Assembly (NCBI GenBank): GCA_045646345.1
Contig: JAZRKN010000006.1
Span: 49,963-113,962, forward strand
DNA length: 64,000 bases
Direction: 5' to 3'
Origin: Candidatus Scatovivens sp.
Lineage (GTDB): Bacteria; Bacillota; Clostridia; TANB77; CAG-508
Shown: piece by piece, positions 40,232 to 49,590 of the stretch
How positions within the stretch are numbered: position 1 is the stretch's first letter
Layout: each line of letters starts with the position of its first letter
Position numbers and translations under genes: made by a program
Notes under the pieces: generated by a model
The model's input: only the letters and a program-made list of their open reading frames with translations
What the model was told of the DNA's origin: nothing
Database searches by the model: none

Positions 40232-40984
40232 CTACCCTTTAAATGCCCCCATAATAGCATTAAACAATATTACAACAATATCAACTAATGATTTTATTAT
40301 AATATTTTCTTCATATATCTTAACTAACAAGTTTCTTGTAACTGGAACATTCCATATTAAAACACATACAAAAACAATTACAGCTAAAGAAATTATTAAG
40401 TTTCTTACTCTCTTAAAAGTCCATGGTTCTTTTACTGTATACCCTAATTTTCTTAAGTAATCATTATAAGCTTCATTATAAGCTCTATTATATTCTTCTT
40501 CAGCTTTTTGAGCTTTTTTTAGATTAGTTTTAAATTCTTTTCGAGCAGCTTTCTTTAATTTTTTCTTTTCTTCATCTGTTAATGACGCATTTTCTATTTC
40601 ATCATCGTCGTCTTCATCATTATAATTTTCAGATTCTGAATTGTTTGAAACAGTTTGAACTTTTGGAATTTCTTGCTTAATATCATTTTGCATTTCTACA
40701 TTTTCTTCTTGAGGTTCAGTATTCTTTGCCACTGAAACATTTTGTATAAGTTCTTCTGCTCTTTTTTTAGCTAATTCTTTATCATATCTATCTCTTTTTT
40801 CTTCATTCGAAAGAATATCATATGCTAATTTTAATTTATTAAGAATTATCTCTCTCGCATTATTTTCTTCTTCATCAAGTTTGGGATCTTTATGATATTC
40901 AATTAATAATCTTTGATAAGCTTTTTCAATTTCTTCTTGTGAAGCATTTTCTTCTACTTCTAATAAGTTATATACAGTTATCAT
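40232..40984 (-). CDS. J-domain-like protein (HKD instead of HPD) with a C-terminal TM
   Basis: YNLLEV...ASQEEIEKAY...YHKD...AYDILSN.EKR.RYD. Confidence 0.8.
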   Translation of the reverse strand: MITVYNLLEVEENASQEEIEKAYQRLLIEYHKDPKLDEEENNAREIILNKLKLAYDILSNEEKRDRYDKELAKKRAEELIQNVSVAKNTEPQEENVEMQNDIKQEIPKVQTVSNNSESENYNDEDDDDEIENASLTDEEKKKLKKAARKEFKTNLKKAQKAEEEYNRAYNEAYNDYLRKLGYTVKEPWTFKRVRNLIISLAVIVFVCVLIWNVPVTRNLLVKIYEENIIIKSLVDIVVILFNAIMGAFKG

Positions 40985-41098
40985 ATTTTAAATACACCTT
41001 TTTAAACATTTACTTTTTGCTCGAAATATTCTATTAATTCATTAAAAATTATATCATTACAGTATTTCCTTATCAAGCAATTTTAATAATTCTATTTT

Positions 41099-41653
41099 TT
41101 AAATATTATAGAAATATGTAGCTTCTAAATCTGCTTCAAACACTAATAATCCAAGTGGATATTTTTTATATGCTTGCCCTAAAGTAGTATATAATTCTTT
41201 TGGTTCAGAGAACCCCATATGCCATCTAATACAATACTTTTCTTCACTTGTTAATTTTATATATTCTGTTAACATCATTACACTTTTTTCACCATGTCCA
41301 TATGGAATTGTATCTTCAACAGTATAATAAGGAACCTTCTCCCATTCACCAAATTCATTTTTTGCATTTCTATAATCTACTTTATAAAAATTAACTTTGC
41401 AAATATCATGTAATAATGCAATTATTATTAAAGATTCTGGAGAAACTTCAATCGGAAAGCTTGATTTTTCCACTTTATCTTTTAAAATTTCATACACTTT
41501 CATACTGTGTTCTAAAAGCCCTCCCTCATAATTTCCATGAAACCTAGTGCTTGCTGGAGCCTTAAAAAAGTCTGTTTTTTCTATAAATTCTATTAATTTA
41601 TCCATACCTTCTCTATTGGTACTTTTAAGTAAATTTAAAAATTCTTCTTTCAT
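41099..41653 (-). CDS. HD-domain hydrolase
   Basis: APAS..FHG...GGLLEHS, LLHDICK, GHGEKS, IRWHMG. Confidence 0.88.
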   Translation of the reverse strand: MKEEFLNLLKSTNREGMDKLIEFIEKTDFFKAPASTRFHGNYEGGLLEHSMKVYEILKDKVEKSSFPIEVSPESLIIIALLHDICKVNFYKVDYRNAKNEFGEWEKVPYYTVEDTIPYGHGEKSVMMLTEYIKLTSEEKYCIRWHMGFSEPKELYTTLGQAYKKYPLGLLVFEADLEATYFYNI

Positions 41654-41837
41654 ATTTATCTTGTTATTTTTTTAATAACATTCTCCTTTCGCCAATTCTG
41701 TTCTTATGATTTTATCATATTGTATTTTTTATTACAACAATTCAAATCGTTATGATTAGTTTATTTTATTAATTTTAAAGCAAAAAAAATATTATTAGGT
41801 ATACCTAATAATATTTTTTATACATATGTATTTGGAA

Positions 41838-42011
41838 TTACTCAGCTGGAACTGGTGCTTCAACTGGGCAAACTCCTGCACATGTTCCGCAATCTATACA
41901 AACAGCTTCATCAATTACATATTTATCAGCTCCTTGAGATATACAGTTCATTGGGCAAGCTCCTGCACATGCTCCACAAGAAATACATTTTTCGTTAATT
42001 TTGTATGCCAT
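41838..42011 (-). CDS. fdx: Clostridial-type 2[4Fe-4S] ferredoxin (57 aa)
   Basis: Absent from the ORF track. AAAGGAGG RBS; MAYKINEKCISCGACAGACP...CIDCGTCAGVCP has two CxxCxxCxxxCP motifs. Confidence 0.96.
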   Translation of the reverse strand: MAYKINEKCISCGACAGACPMNCISQGADKYVIDEAVCIDCGTCAGVCPVEAPVPAE

Positions 42012-42076
42012 GAATAACTCCTCCTTTCTATTCTCTTTTAAGATTATACTATAGTTTTATTATATTTCAAATATAA

Positions 42077-43357
42077 TTACAATAGTCTTTTTGCAATTTT
42101 TTTAACTTGACGCATAACTTGTTTCTCATCCAAGTTAAGCATTTTTCTATTTTGCATTATAACTTTTCCATCAATCATCACAGATTCAACGTCTGCACCA
42201 TTTGAAGAATACACCAAATTTGCACAAACATCATTTGCTGGGCACATATGTAATTTATCAGTTTTTATAAATATCATATCCGCTTTCTTACCTGGTTCTA
42301 AAGTTCCTATTTCATTTTCCATTCCTAAAACTTTAGCACCTTCTATTGTAGCCATTTTTAATATGTCATAAGCTGATATAGAACTTGGTTCCATTGTATT
42401 AACTTTTTGAAGGTATGCAGCTGTTTTCATTTCTTCAAACATATCCATTGTTGTTGTACTTCCAATACCATCTGTTCCCAATCCTATATTTATACCATTT
42501 TTTCTTAATTTTACTACATCACAAATTCCAGAAGAAAGTTTGCAATTACTGATTGGATTATGAGAAATACCACCTTTAATTTTTTTTAGTATTTCAATAT
42601 CACTATCTGATACATATATTCCATGTGCTAAAACAACTGGAACATCGAATACATCCAAATCATTTAAATATTCTGTGCTTCTTTTATCATATCTTGATTT
42701 TATTTTTGTTTCTTCATCAAGGGTTTCTGCTAAATGAATATGCAATCCTGTATTTAATTCTTTTGCTAAATCAACACATAATTTGATAGTGTCTGGATTG
42801 CAAGTATGAGGAGCATCTGCAGAAACATATATCTTGATTTTTCCATTTTCATCATTATTATACATTTTTGCATATTCTCTGGTTTGCTCTACTTTATCTT
42901 TAATAGAATCATCCTTAATGCACCAAGCAACAACAGCTCTTAGTCCTGTATCACGTATCGCTTCAACAGTTTTATTCATTCCAAAATACATGTCATTGCA
43001 AGTAGTTGTTCCAGATTTTATCATTTCCAAGCAAGAAAGATAAGAATTCCAATATATATCCTCTGGTTTTAATTTATCTTCTACTGGAAAAATTGCATCT
43101 TCAAGCCAATCCATTAACTTTCTATCAGTTTTATAACCTCTAAAAATACTCATTGCCAAATGAGTATGAGTGTTAATTAGTCCTGGCATTACTAGCATAT
43201 TCTTAGCATTTATTCTTTCGTCTACTTCTATATTTTTATCTATATCTTTATCGATTCTCTCGATTATATTATCTTTTATTAGTATATCTTTTTTATCTAT
43301 ATTAGGAGTTTCTCCTACCATATCTAATACATAAGCATTTGTTATAAGTGTTCTCAT
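42077..43357 (-). CDS. mtaD: MTA/SAH deaminase-like amidohydrolase
   Basis: PGLINTHTH, HLAET, SN.KL.SG, GTDG, GKKAD. Confidence 0.8.
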   Translation of the reverse strand: MRTLITNAYVLDMVGETPNIDKKDILIKDNIIERIDKDIDKNIEVDERINAKNMLVMPGLINTHTHLAMSIFRGYKTDRKLMDWLEDAIFPVEDKLKPEDIYWNSYLSCLEMIKSGTTTCNDMYFGMNKTVEAIRDTGLRAVVAWCIKDDSIKDKVEQTREYAKMYNNDENGKIKIYVSADAPHTCNPDTIKLCVDLAKELNTGLHIHLAETLDEETKIKSRYDKRSTEYLNDLDVFDVPVVLAHGIYVSDSDIEILKKIKGGISHNPISNCKLSSGICDVVKLRKNGINIGLGTDGIGSTTTMDMFEEMKTAAYLQKVNTMEPSSISAYDILKMATIEGAKVLGMENEIGTLEPGKKADMIFIKTDKLHMCPANDVCANLVYSSNGADVESVMIDGKVIMQNRKMLNLDEKQVMRQVKKIAKRLL

Positions 43358-43448
43358 CTATGTTCCCCTCAAAGTTATCATGAATTTATTCTTTTGTTTA
43401 CATCCTTTTTTCGCGCAAAATGCCCCTATTTTGGCGCAAAAATTTTAA

Positions 43449-44375
43449 TTAAATATCATCTTGTGTAGTATTTTTCTTGTCGTCTCTTTCCATTTTCTCT
43501 AGTTTTCTAAGCTCTTCTAGATCTTCTGCATTTTCAACATCAAGATTATCTTCGTCAACGACAGCATCTTTAATTACTACAACTTCTTTGGCATCATGTT
43601 TTTTGAAATAAAAATCTTCGCCATCTTGATATTTAACCCTTATAACTTCTTTTAAGGTCTCAACAGACGCAACTTCACCTGTTCCTTCTGATGTTTTTAC
43701 AATTGCTCCTATTTTTGGTAATCTGCTTAATTTTTCTTCGTAAACTTCTTGTTCATATTTTAAACAGCACATTAATCTGCCACAATTCCCAGAAATTTTA
43801 GATGGGTTTAATGAAATATTTTGTTCTTTTGCCATTTTAATCGATACTGTTTCAAAGTTTCCCAAGAAAGAAACACAGCACAATTCTCTACCGCAAATTC
43901 CATTTCCTCCACATCTTTTAACTTCGTCTCTTACTCCAATTTGACGAAGTTCAATTCTTGTTCTAAAAACTGCAGCTAAATCTTTTACTAGTTCTCTAAA
44001 ATCAATTCTTTTATCAGCTGTAAAATAAAAAATTACTTTAGATCCATCGTATTTATATTCAACATCAATAAGCTTCATTGGTAAACCATGAGCTTCTATT
44101 TTTTCTAAACAAATTTTAAATGCTTCTTTTTCTTTTCCTTTAAATTGTATACGCATTTTTTCATCTTTTTCTGTAGCAATTCTTACAACTTTTTTTAGTG
44201 GTTCTGTAACTTCGTTATCTTCAACTTCTTTTCTTGCAATTACTACTTCTCCGTATTCTTCTCCCATTGCTGTATCAACAATAACATTCATACCTTTTTC
44301 TATTTGTAAATTTTCTGGATCAAAATAATATATTTTTCCAGGTCTTTTGAATCTAACGCCTGTTACTATTTTCAT
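43449..44375 (-). CDS. ricT: PSP1-domain protein RicT/YaaT
   Basis: IDFRELVKDLA..FRTRIELRQIGVRDE, CGRELCC, CGRLMCC; follows holB. Confidence 0.92.
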   Translation of the reverse strand: MKIVTGVRFKRPGKIYYFDPENLQIEKGMNVIVDTAMGEEYGEVVIARKEVEDNEVTEPLKKVVRIATEKDEKMRIQFKGKEKEAFKICLEKIEAHGLPMKLIDVEYKYDGSKVIFYFTADKRIDFRELVKDLAAVFRTRIELRQIGVRDEVKRCGGNGICGRELCCVSFLGNFETVSIKMAKEQNISLNPSKISGNCGRLMCCLKYEQEVYEEKLSRLPKIGAIVKTSEGTGEVASVETLKEVIRVKYQDGEDFYFKKHDAKEVVVIKDAVVDEDNLDVENAEDLEELRKLEKMERDDKKNTTQDDI

Positions 44376-45261
44376 TTAATTCCTCCCACATTTTAAAAAG
44401 CAAATTATCTACGCACATGTCGAAATTACTATTACTTCTTAATCTATCTGCACATTCATTAACATATTTTATGCAGTCTATATATTTTTCATTTATATTC
44501 ATATTAGAATATAAACAAACTGTGATGTAATCTAATATATCATAAATATTTTCTTTATCATATATTATTTTTCCATCTAACATAATTTCTATGATATCTT
44601 TTTTCAATAAATTTGAGATAAGTACATCAATTTCATCATATTTTTCTTTAGAATCTTTTAATTTTATTGCTTTTCCTATACTGCCATAAAAAGATTTCAA
44701 AAGATTTTTGGAAACCTCATCATATCCCAAAACTTCTTTTGAATATTTTAGAAGTTCTTCGTCTTCAATATTACGAAATTTTAAACTCATGCATCTTGAT
44801 TTTATTGTATTTAATATTATATTCTCATTTGAAGAGATTAATATCATTACAACAAATTCAGGTGGCTCTTCTAATGTTTTTAACAAACAGTTTTGAGCTT
44901 CTTTAGTCATTCTATCACAATCATTTATTATATAAACTTTTTTTCTCGAAACAATTGGTTTTTCTATAACCTTCTCTGTCACTTCTCTCATAGAATCAAC
45001 TTTTATTGTCTCTCCTTCTTCGTTTATTAAATAAAAGTCAGGATGATTTAGACCATTAAAACAAGTACAAGATTTACATGTACAATTATCTTCCGAATCT
45101 TCTAAGCACAATATTTTCTTTGCAAATTCTTTTGCAATTAATAGTTTTCCTATACCATCTGTTCCTAAAAACAAATAGCTATGTAAAATATTTTTTTGTC
45201 TAATACTTTTTATTAGATAATCTTTAATTTCTGTATTACCAATAATATCTTTAAACTCCAA
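44353..45261 (-). CDS. holB: DNA polymerase III delta' subunit
   Basis: HSYLF.G..GIGK, zinc cysteines, HPD, AQNCLLKTLEEPP, TIKSRC. Confidence 0.92.
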   Translation of the reverse strand: MEFKDIIGNTEIKDYLIKSIRQKNILHSYLFLGTDGIGKLLIAKEFAKKILCLEDSEDNCTCKSCTCFNGLNHPDFYLINEEGETIKVDSMREVTEKVIEKPIVSRKKVYIINDCDRMTKEAQNCLLKTLEEPPEFVVMILISSNENIILNTIKSRCMSLKFRNIEDEELLKYSKEVLGYDEVSKNLLKSFYGSIGKAIKLKDSKEKYDEIDVLISNLLKKDIIEIMLDGKIIYDKENIYDILDYITVCLYSNMNINEKYIDCIKYVNECADRLRSNSNFDMCVDNLLFKMWEELNENSNRR

Positions 45262-45272
45262 TTATTTTACTC

Positions 45273-45902
45273 CTACTCTATATTTCCTATTTGATCAAAT
45301 GGCCAAAATCTAAAACAAACTATTCCTTCTAATTTTTCAAATGGTATACAACCAATTGATCTACAATCAGTACTTCTAGTTCTATTATCTCCCATAGCAA
45401 AGAAATAACCTTCTGGTACTATAAAATCATAAAACACATCTGATTCTGTTACAACGTCATCATCCAAATATTCTTCATTTTGAAGAATACCATTAACATA
45501 CACGTTGCTATTTTCTATTTTTACATGATCACCTTCAAGTGCAATTACTCTTTTTATATAACTTTTTTTTGTTACTTCTAAAGAATAATATATAAATCTA
45601 TTTAATATTCCTTGTGGTTCTCTGCCATAAACCGCAATTGGATTTGTTTGGTCAGCATTCCATTTAGTATATTCTCTTGTAGGCGCTTCAAAAGTAACTA
45701 TATCTCCTATTTCAGGAGTTTTATCTGTAATTCTGTGAGTTCTGTTTAAAATCAATCTTTGATTTTCTTTTAAAGTCGGAAACATCGATCTTTGTTTTAC
45801 AATAGTTGGTGTTGCTACAAAATATCTAAATAATAATGCAAGAACTAATGCAATTATAATACAATATACCCACTCTAAAATATCTTTTACTCTTTCGTTC
45901 AT
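45273..45902 (-). CDS. lepB: Signal peptidase I
   Basis: SMFPTL, YIKRVI, MGDNR..S.DCR. Confidence 0.93.
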   Translation of the reverse strand: MNERVKDILEWVYCIIIALVLALLFRYFVATPTIVKQRSMFPTLKENQRLILNRTHRITDKTPEIGDIVTFEAPTREYTKWNADQTNPIAVYGREPQGILNRFIYYSLEVTKKSYIKRVIALEGDHVKIENSNVYVNGILQNEEYLDDDVVTESDVFYDFIVPEGYFFAMGDNRTRSTDCRSIGCIPFEKLEGIVCFRFWPFDQIGNIE

Positions 45903-45982
45903 TTAAATTGCCTTCTTTCTAAAATTCAAACGAATTATACATTACTTTCGCACTTTTTTCAAGTGTTTAAGCAATTTACAAT

Positions 45983-47086
45983 TTATTTTTTAGTAGTTGG
46001 TTTTCTACCTCTTTTTGGTTTTTCTACAATTTCTTCTGCCGCTGTTTCTTTCTCTTTGGCTTTTGTATATTTTTTAGTTTTTGGCTTAATTTCTTCTACC
46101 TTCTTTGTTTCTTCTTTCTTAGTTTTACTTGTATCTTTTTTTGCTTTATATTTTTTTACTGTAGTTTCTTTTTTAGTTTTTGATTCTTCTTTTTTTGTTT
46201 CCTTTTTCTCTGATTTTTTTCTTGTATATTTCTTTTCAGATTTAGATTCTTTTTTCTCTTTTTTCTCTTCTTTCTTTGGTTCTTTTTTCTTTGGAACTCT
46301 TTTTACTTTAATCATTTCTTGATTTTTATCTCTTGTATATTTTTTTATATTTGCTTCTGCAATTGTTTGTTCCAAATCTAATAAATCCATATCTTCATCT
46401 TCATAGTCATAACCTTTTATATCAGATATTTTATTTATTATTTTTTCTTCAACATTCATATTTAAGTCTAAATTATTTACAGGTGTATCAAAAACCATTG
46501 TAGAATCAAAAGTTTCATTCTCATCATTTTCTTCATCAAAAGAAATCACTTGTGTTTCGCCGAAATCTTCACTTTCGTAAACATCTTCTTCCTCAGTATA
46601 ACCATCTTCTTCAACTTCTTCATATACAACTTTTTCTTCAACTTTTTCAACATCTGGTTTTAATGAAGTATATGTATCTATTTCATTTTCATTAACTATA
46701 TCTATTTTTTGTGTAGAATCATTTGAAGAATTTTTGAAATATTCTTCTGTTTTTGGCCCAAAATTTATTTCAGGTAATTCTTCTACTTCTTCATTTTCTT
46801 CTGCATCTTGTATTTTTTTATCATCATATGATGTATACATTTTTGCATATACATCATCTCTTTGTTTTTTTATTTTTTCTTTTCTTTTTTCTTGAGCCTC
46901 ATTTTTGTCCATTTTATAACCAATAAACAATACTAATGCTACTAAACCAATTGCAACTAATAATAAAAAGAATTTTCCGATTCCCGAACCAGATTCTGGC
47001 ACATATGTTCCTGTCGTTGTTGCATAAGCTTTTGTGTTAAATAATATTATACTTAAACTTATCAAAGCTTTTTTTAATATTTTCAT
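45983..47086 (-). CDS. Hypothetical membrane protein with an acidic middle and Lys-rich tail
   Basis: Signal-like N-terminus plus TM; K/E/T low-complexity tail ending KPKRGRKPTTKK; 14 nt after walK. Confidence 0.8.
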   Translation of the reverse strand: MKILKKALISLSIILFNTKAYATTTGTYVPESGSGIGKFFLLLVAIGLVALVLFIGYKMDKNEAQEKRKEKIKKQRDDVYAKMYTSYDDKKIQDAEENEEVEELPEINFGPKTEEYFKNSSNDSTQKIDIVNENEIDTYTSLKPDVEKVEEKVVYEEVEEDGYTEEEDVYESEDFGETQVISFDEENDENETFDSTMVFDTPVNNLDLNMNVEEKIINKISDIKGYDYEDEDMDLLDLEQTIAEANIKKYTRDKNQEMIKVKRVPKKKEPKKEEKKEKKESKSEKKYTRKKSEKKETKKEESKTKKETTVKKYKAKKDTSKTKKEETKKVEEIKPKTKKYTKAKEKETAAEEIVEKPKRGRKPTTKK

Positions 47087-47100
47087 AAAAATCTTCTCCT

Positions 47101-48567
47101 TTATTCTTCTGTGCTTTTTTCTTTTACACTTTTTTGTTGTTTTGTTGGTATTCTTATTACAACTTCTGTTCCTTTTCCAACTTCACTTTTTATATCAATC
47201 ATACTATCATTTTGATCCAAGATTTCTTTTGCAATAGAAAGTCCAAGTCCTGTTCCACCCATCTCTCTTGTACGAGCTTTATCAACTCTATAAAATCTCT
47301 CAAATATTTTATCTAAATCTTCTTTAGGAATACCAATTCCTGTATCTATAATTTTTATATAAGCATCATTATATACAAATCCAACATATACTTTTATAGT
47401 TCCTGCTTCTGGTGTATATTTTATTGCATTTGTAAGTATATTTAAAACAACGCGTTCAATACCATTTTTATCTGCAAAAACTAGCGGCACATCAGAAGTA
47501 ACAAAACACTCTCCAGATTGATTTTTCTTTTTCATCTCTAAATCTAATCCTTCGAAAGTATATTTTACAAGTTCACCTAAATCAAATTCTGTTTTTTCTA
47601 TTTTTACTTTTGAAGTATCATATCTTGAAAGTGTTAATAAGTCACTTACAAGTCTTGCCATTCTTTGTGCTTCTGTAGAAATTCTTTCTAAAAATTTCTT
47701 ACCAATTTCAGCATCAATTTCACTTTCTAAAAGAGTATCTGCATATCCCATTATTGAAGTAATTGGTGTTTTTAATTCATGAGAAACATCAGCAACAAAT
47801 CTTTTTCTCATACTATCTAGTTTTACATGTTCTGTAATATCTTGTATAACAACAATTACTCCTGCAGGTCTTTCATTCTCATTTTTAAATGGTGCAAAGA
47901 ATAAATTTATTGTTCTATCTTCTACATTTATTTTTTGTTCTGAAGATGTCCAATTGTCTAAATATATAATTTTTTCTAAATTTATATCCACATCATATTT
48001 TTCAAAAATCTCTTCAAAACTTGATTCATTATTTAACCCTAAAAACGTTTTGGCTGCTGGGTTTATATGAATAATTTTTCCATTTATATCAAATGCTATA
48101 ATTCCATCTGTCATATGAAGTAAGATTGTTTCCATCTGTTTCTTTTGTCTTGTTGCTTCATTAAGATTTTCTTTTAATTCATTATTCATATTATCAAAAG
48201 CAGAAACAAGATCGTTTATTTCGTTTTTCTTTCTTCCTTCATTTAAATATTTTATTCTTTCATTTTTTGTTGCTTGTTCAGCACTCTTTACTAAATTAGA
48301 AATCGGAGCAATTATTAGTTTAGATACTAAAAAACCTCCAAAAGCCATTAAAGTAATAAATCCCGCAACAAATCCTGATAGCATAACTTTAGATTGATAT
48401 ACTTGTTTAGAAACAATATCACTTATTTCTGCTATATTTTGTACTGAATTTGTAGCGTTTCCTATTTTTTGTAAATTATATATATTAGCAACACCTAATA
48501 CGCAAATAGTAACAAGACCTATTAGGGAAAAAACTAAAATAATTTTTATTTGTATTTTTTTTAACAT
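47101..48567 (-). CDS. walK: WalK-like sensor histidine kinase (2 TM, HAMP, PAS, HisKA, HATPase)
   Basis: MTDGIIA (PAS), DVSHELKTP, NAIKYT, DTGIGIP, FYRVDKAR, GGTGLGL. Confidence 0.8.
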   Translation of the reverse strand: MLKKIQIKIILVFSLIGLVTICVLGVANIYNLQKIGNATNSVQNIAEISDIVSKQVYQSKVMLSGFVAGFITLMAFGGFLVSKLIIAPISNLVKSAEQATKNERIKYLNEGRKKNEINDLVSAFDNMNNELKENLNEATRQKKQMETILLHMTDGIIAFDINGKIIHINPAAKTFLGLNNESSFEEIFEKYDVDINLEKIIYLDNWTSSEQKINVEDRTINLFFAPFKNENERPAGVIVVIQDITEHVKLDSMRKRFVADVSHELKTPITSIMGYADTLLESEIDAEIGKKFLERISTEAQRMARLVSDLLTLSRYDTSKVKIEKTEFDLGELVKYTFEGLDLEMKKKNQSGECFVTSDVPLVFADKNGIERVVLNILTNAIKYTPEAGTIKVYVGFVYNDAYIKIIDTGIGIPKEDLDKIFERFYRVDKARTREMGGTGLGLSIAKEILDQNDSMIDIKSEVGKGTEVVIRIPTKQQKSVKEKSTEE

Positions 48568-48672
48568 CCTTATCTCCCAGATTATTGGTATAAATTTCTT
48601 TTTTTATTATATACTTAAGAGTCTATTTATTCAAGCAATTTAAGCAAATTGTTACCTTAACTTTATATATTT

Positions 48673-48689
48673 ATAACATTAATTTTACA
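48673..48689 (-). promoter_or_regulatory. WalR-box-like direct repeat upstream of the walK promoter
   Basis: TGTAAA-N5-TGTTAT (consensus TGTWAH-N5-TGTWAH), about 40 bp upstream of TTGAAT-N17-TATAAT. Confidence 0.55.
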
Positions 48690-48705
48690 TACTTTTTTTA
48701 CATAC

Positions 48706-48734
48706 AAAAAAGAGGCTATTTTTTAGCCTCTTTT
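48706..48734 (-). terminator. Terminator between walR and walK
   Basis: AAAAGAGGCTA/TAGCCTCTTTT hairpin with a T-run. Confidence 0.8.
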
Positions 48735-48745
48735 AAATTTATTTA

Positions 48746-49498
48746 TTAATTTTTATCTGTAACATAATATCCAACGCCTCTTTTTGTAATAAGGATTTTT
48801 GGATTTGCTTTATCTTTTTCGATTTTATCTCTAATTCTGTTCATTGTTACATCTATTGTTCTAATAGCACCAACATATTCTTCATATTCCCACACTTCAC
48901 GAAGTAACATTTCTCTTGTTACAACTTGTCCTGGTTGACTAGCTAAATATTTTAAAACATCGAATTCTTTTTTAGTTAAATTAATAACTTCACCTTTTAC
49001 TTTTGCTTCTACTTTCTTAAGATCTAAAGATAAATCTCCAACTTTAATTATATCGTTTTTATCTTCACTTTTTCTATTATTCATAGCATCAACATTAGTA
49101 TTTAGTTCAGCTTTTCTTAAATTCGCTTTAATTCTAGCCATAACTTCTCTTATTTGGAAAGGCTTTGTAATATAGTCGTCTGCTCCCATTTCAAGTCCAA
49201 CTATCTTATCAGATTCTGTATCTTTAGCTGATATCATTAGTATTGGGATATTAGAAATATTTAATGCATATCTTATTTTTTTGCACACAGATATTCCGTC
49301 CATTTTAGGAATCATAACATCTAATAAAATTAAATCTGGTTTTTCATTAATAGCCATTTCAACAGCTGTTACACCATCATAAGCTTCTAATGTGTTATAC
49401 CCTTCTTTTTGTAAATTAAATACTAATAATTCCATTATACTTTGTTCGTCATCTACTACAAGTATAGTTTTTTTATCTTTTTCAACGATTTCTTCCAC
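48746..49498 (-). CDS. walR: WalR-like OmpR-family response regulator
   Basis: ILVVDDE..I...L.FNL.KEGY, PGQVVTRE.LL..VW, RTIDVT, KRGVGYY; GTG start. Confidence 0.8.
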   Translation of the reverse strand: MEEIVEKDKKTILVVDDEQSIMELLVFNLQKEGYNTLEAYDGVTAVEMAINEKPDLILLDVMIPKMDGISVCKKIRYALNISNIPILMISAKDTESDKIVGLEMGADDYITKPFQIREVMARIKANLRKAELNTNVDAMNNRKSEDKNDIIKVGDLSLDLKKVEAKVKGEVINLTKKEFDVLKYLASQPGQVVTREMLLREVWEYEEYVGAIRTIDVTMNRIRDKIEKDKANPKILITKRGVGYYVTDKN

Positions 49499-49590
49499 GA
49501 AAATTACCGCCTTTCTAAAAGAACTTATTAATTTTTACTCTTCCTTTATATCATATTTAACATTTTTGTACAAGTTTTTTTTCAAATTTA

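Noticed and set aside
43405-43445. TTTTGCGCC(G)AAAATA similarity to sites near 3000 and 37920 as cassette boundaries
   Set aside because: Short, mostly homopolymer matches in inconsistent positions; here it is part of a hairpin after ricT.
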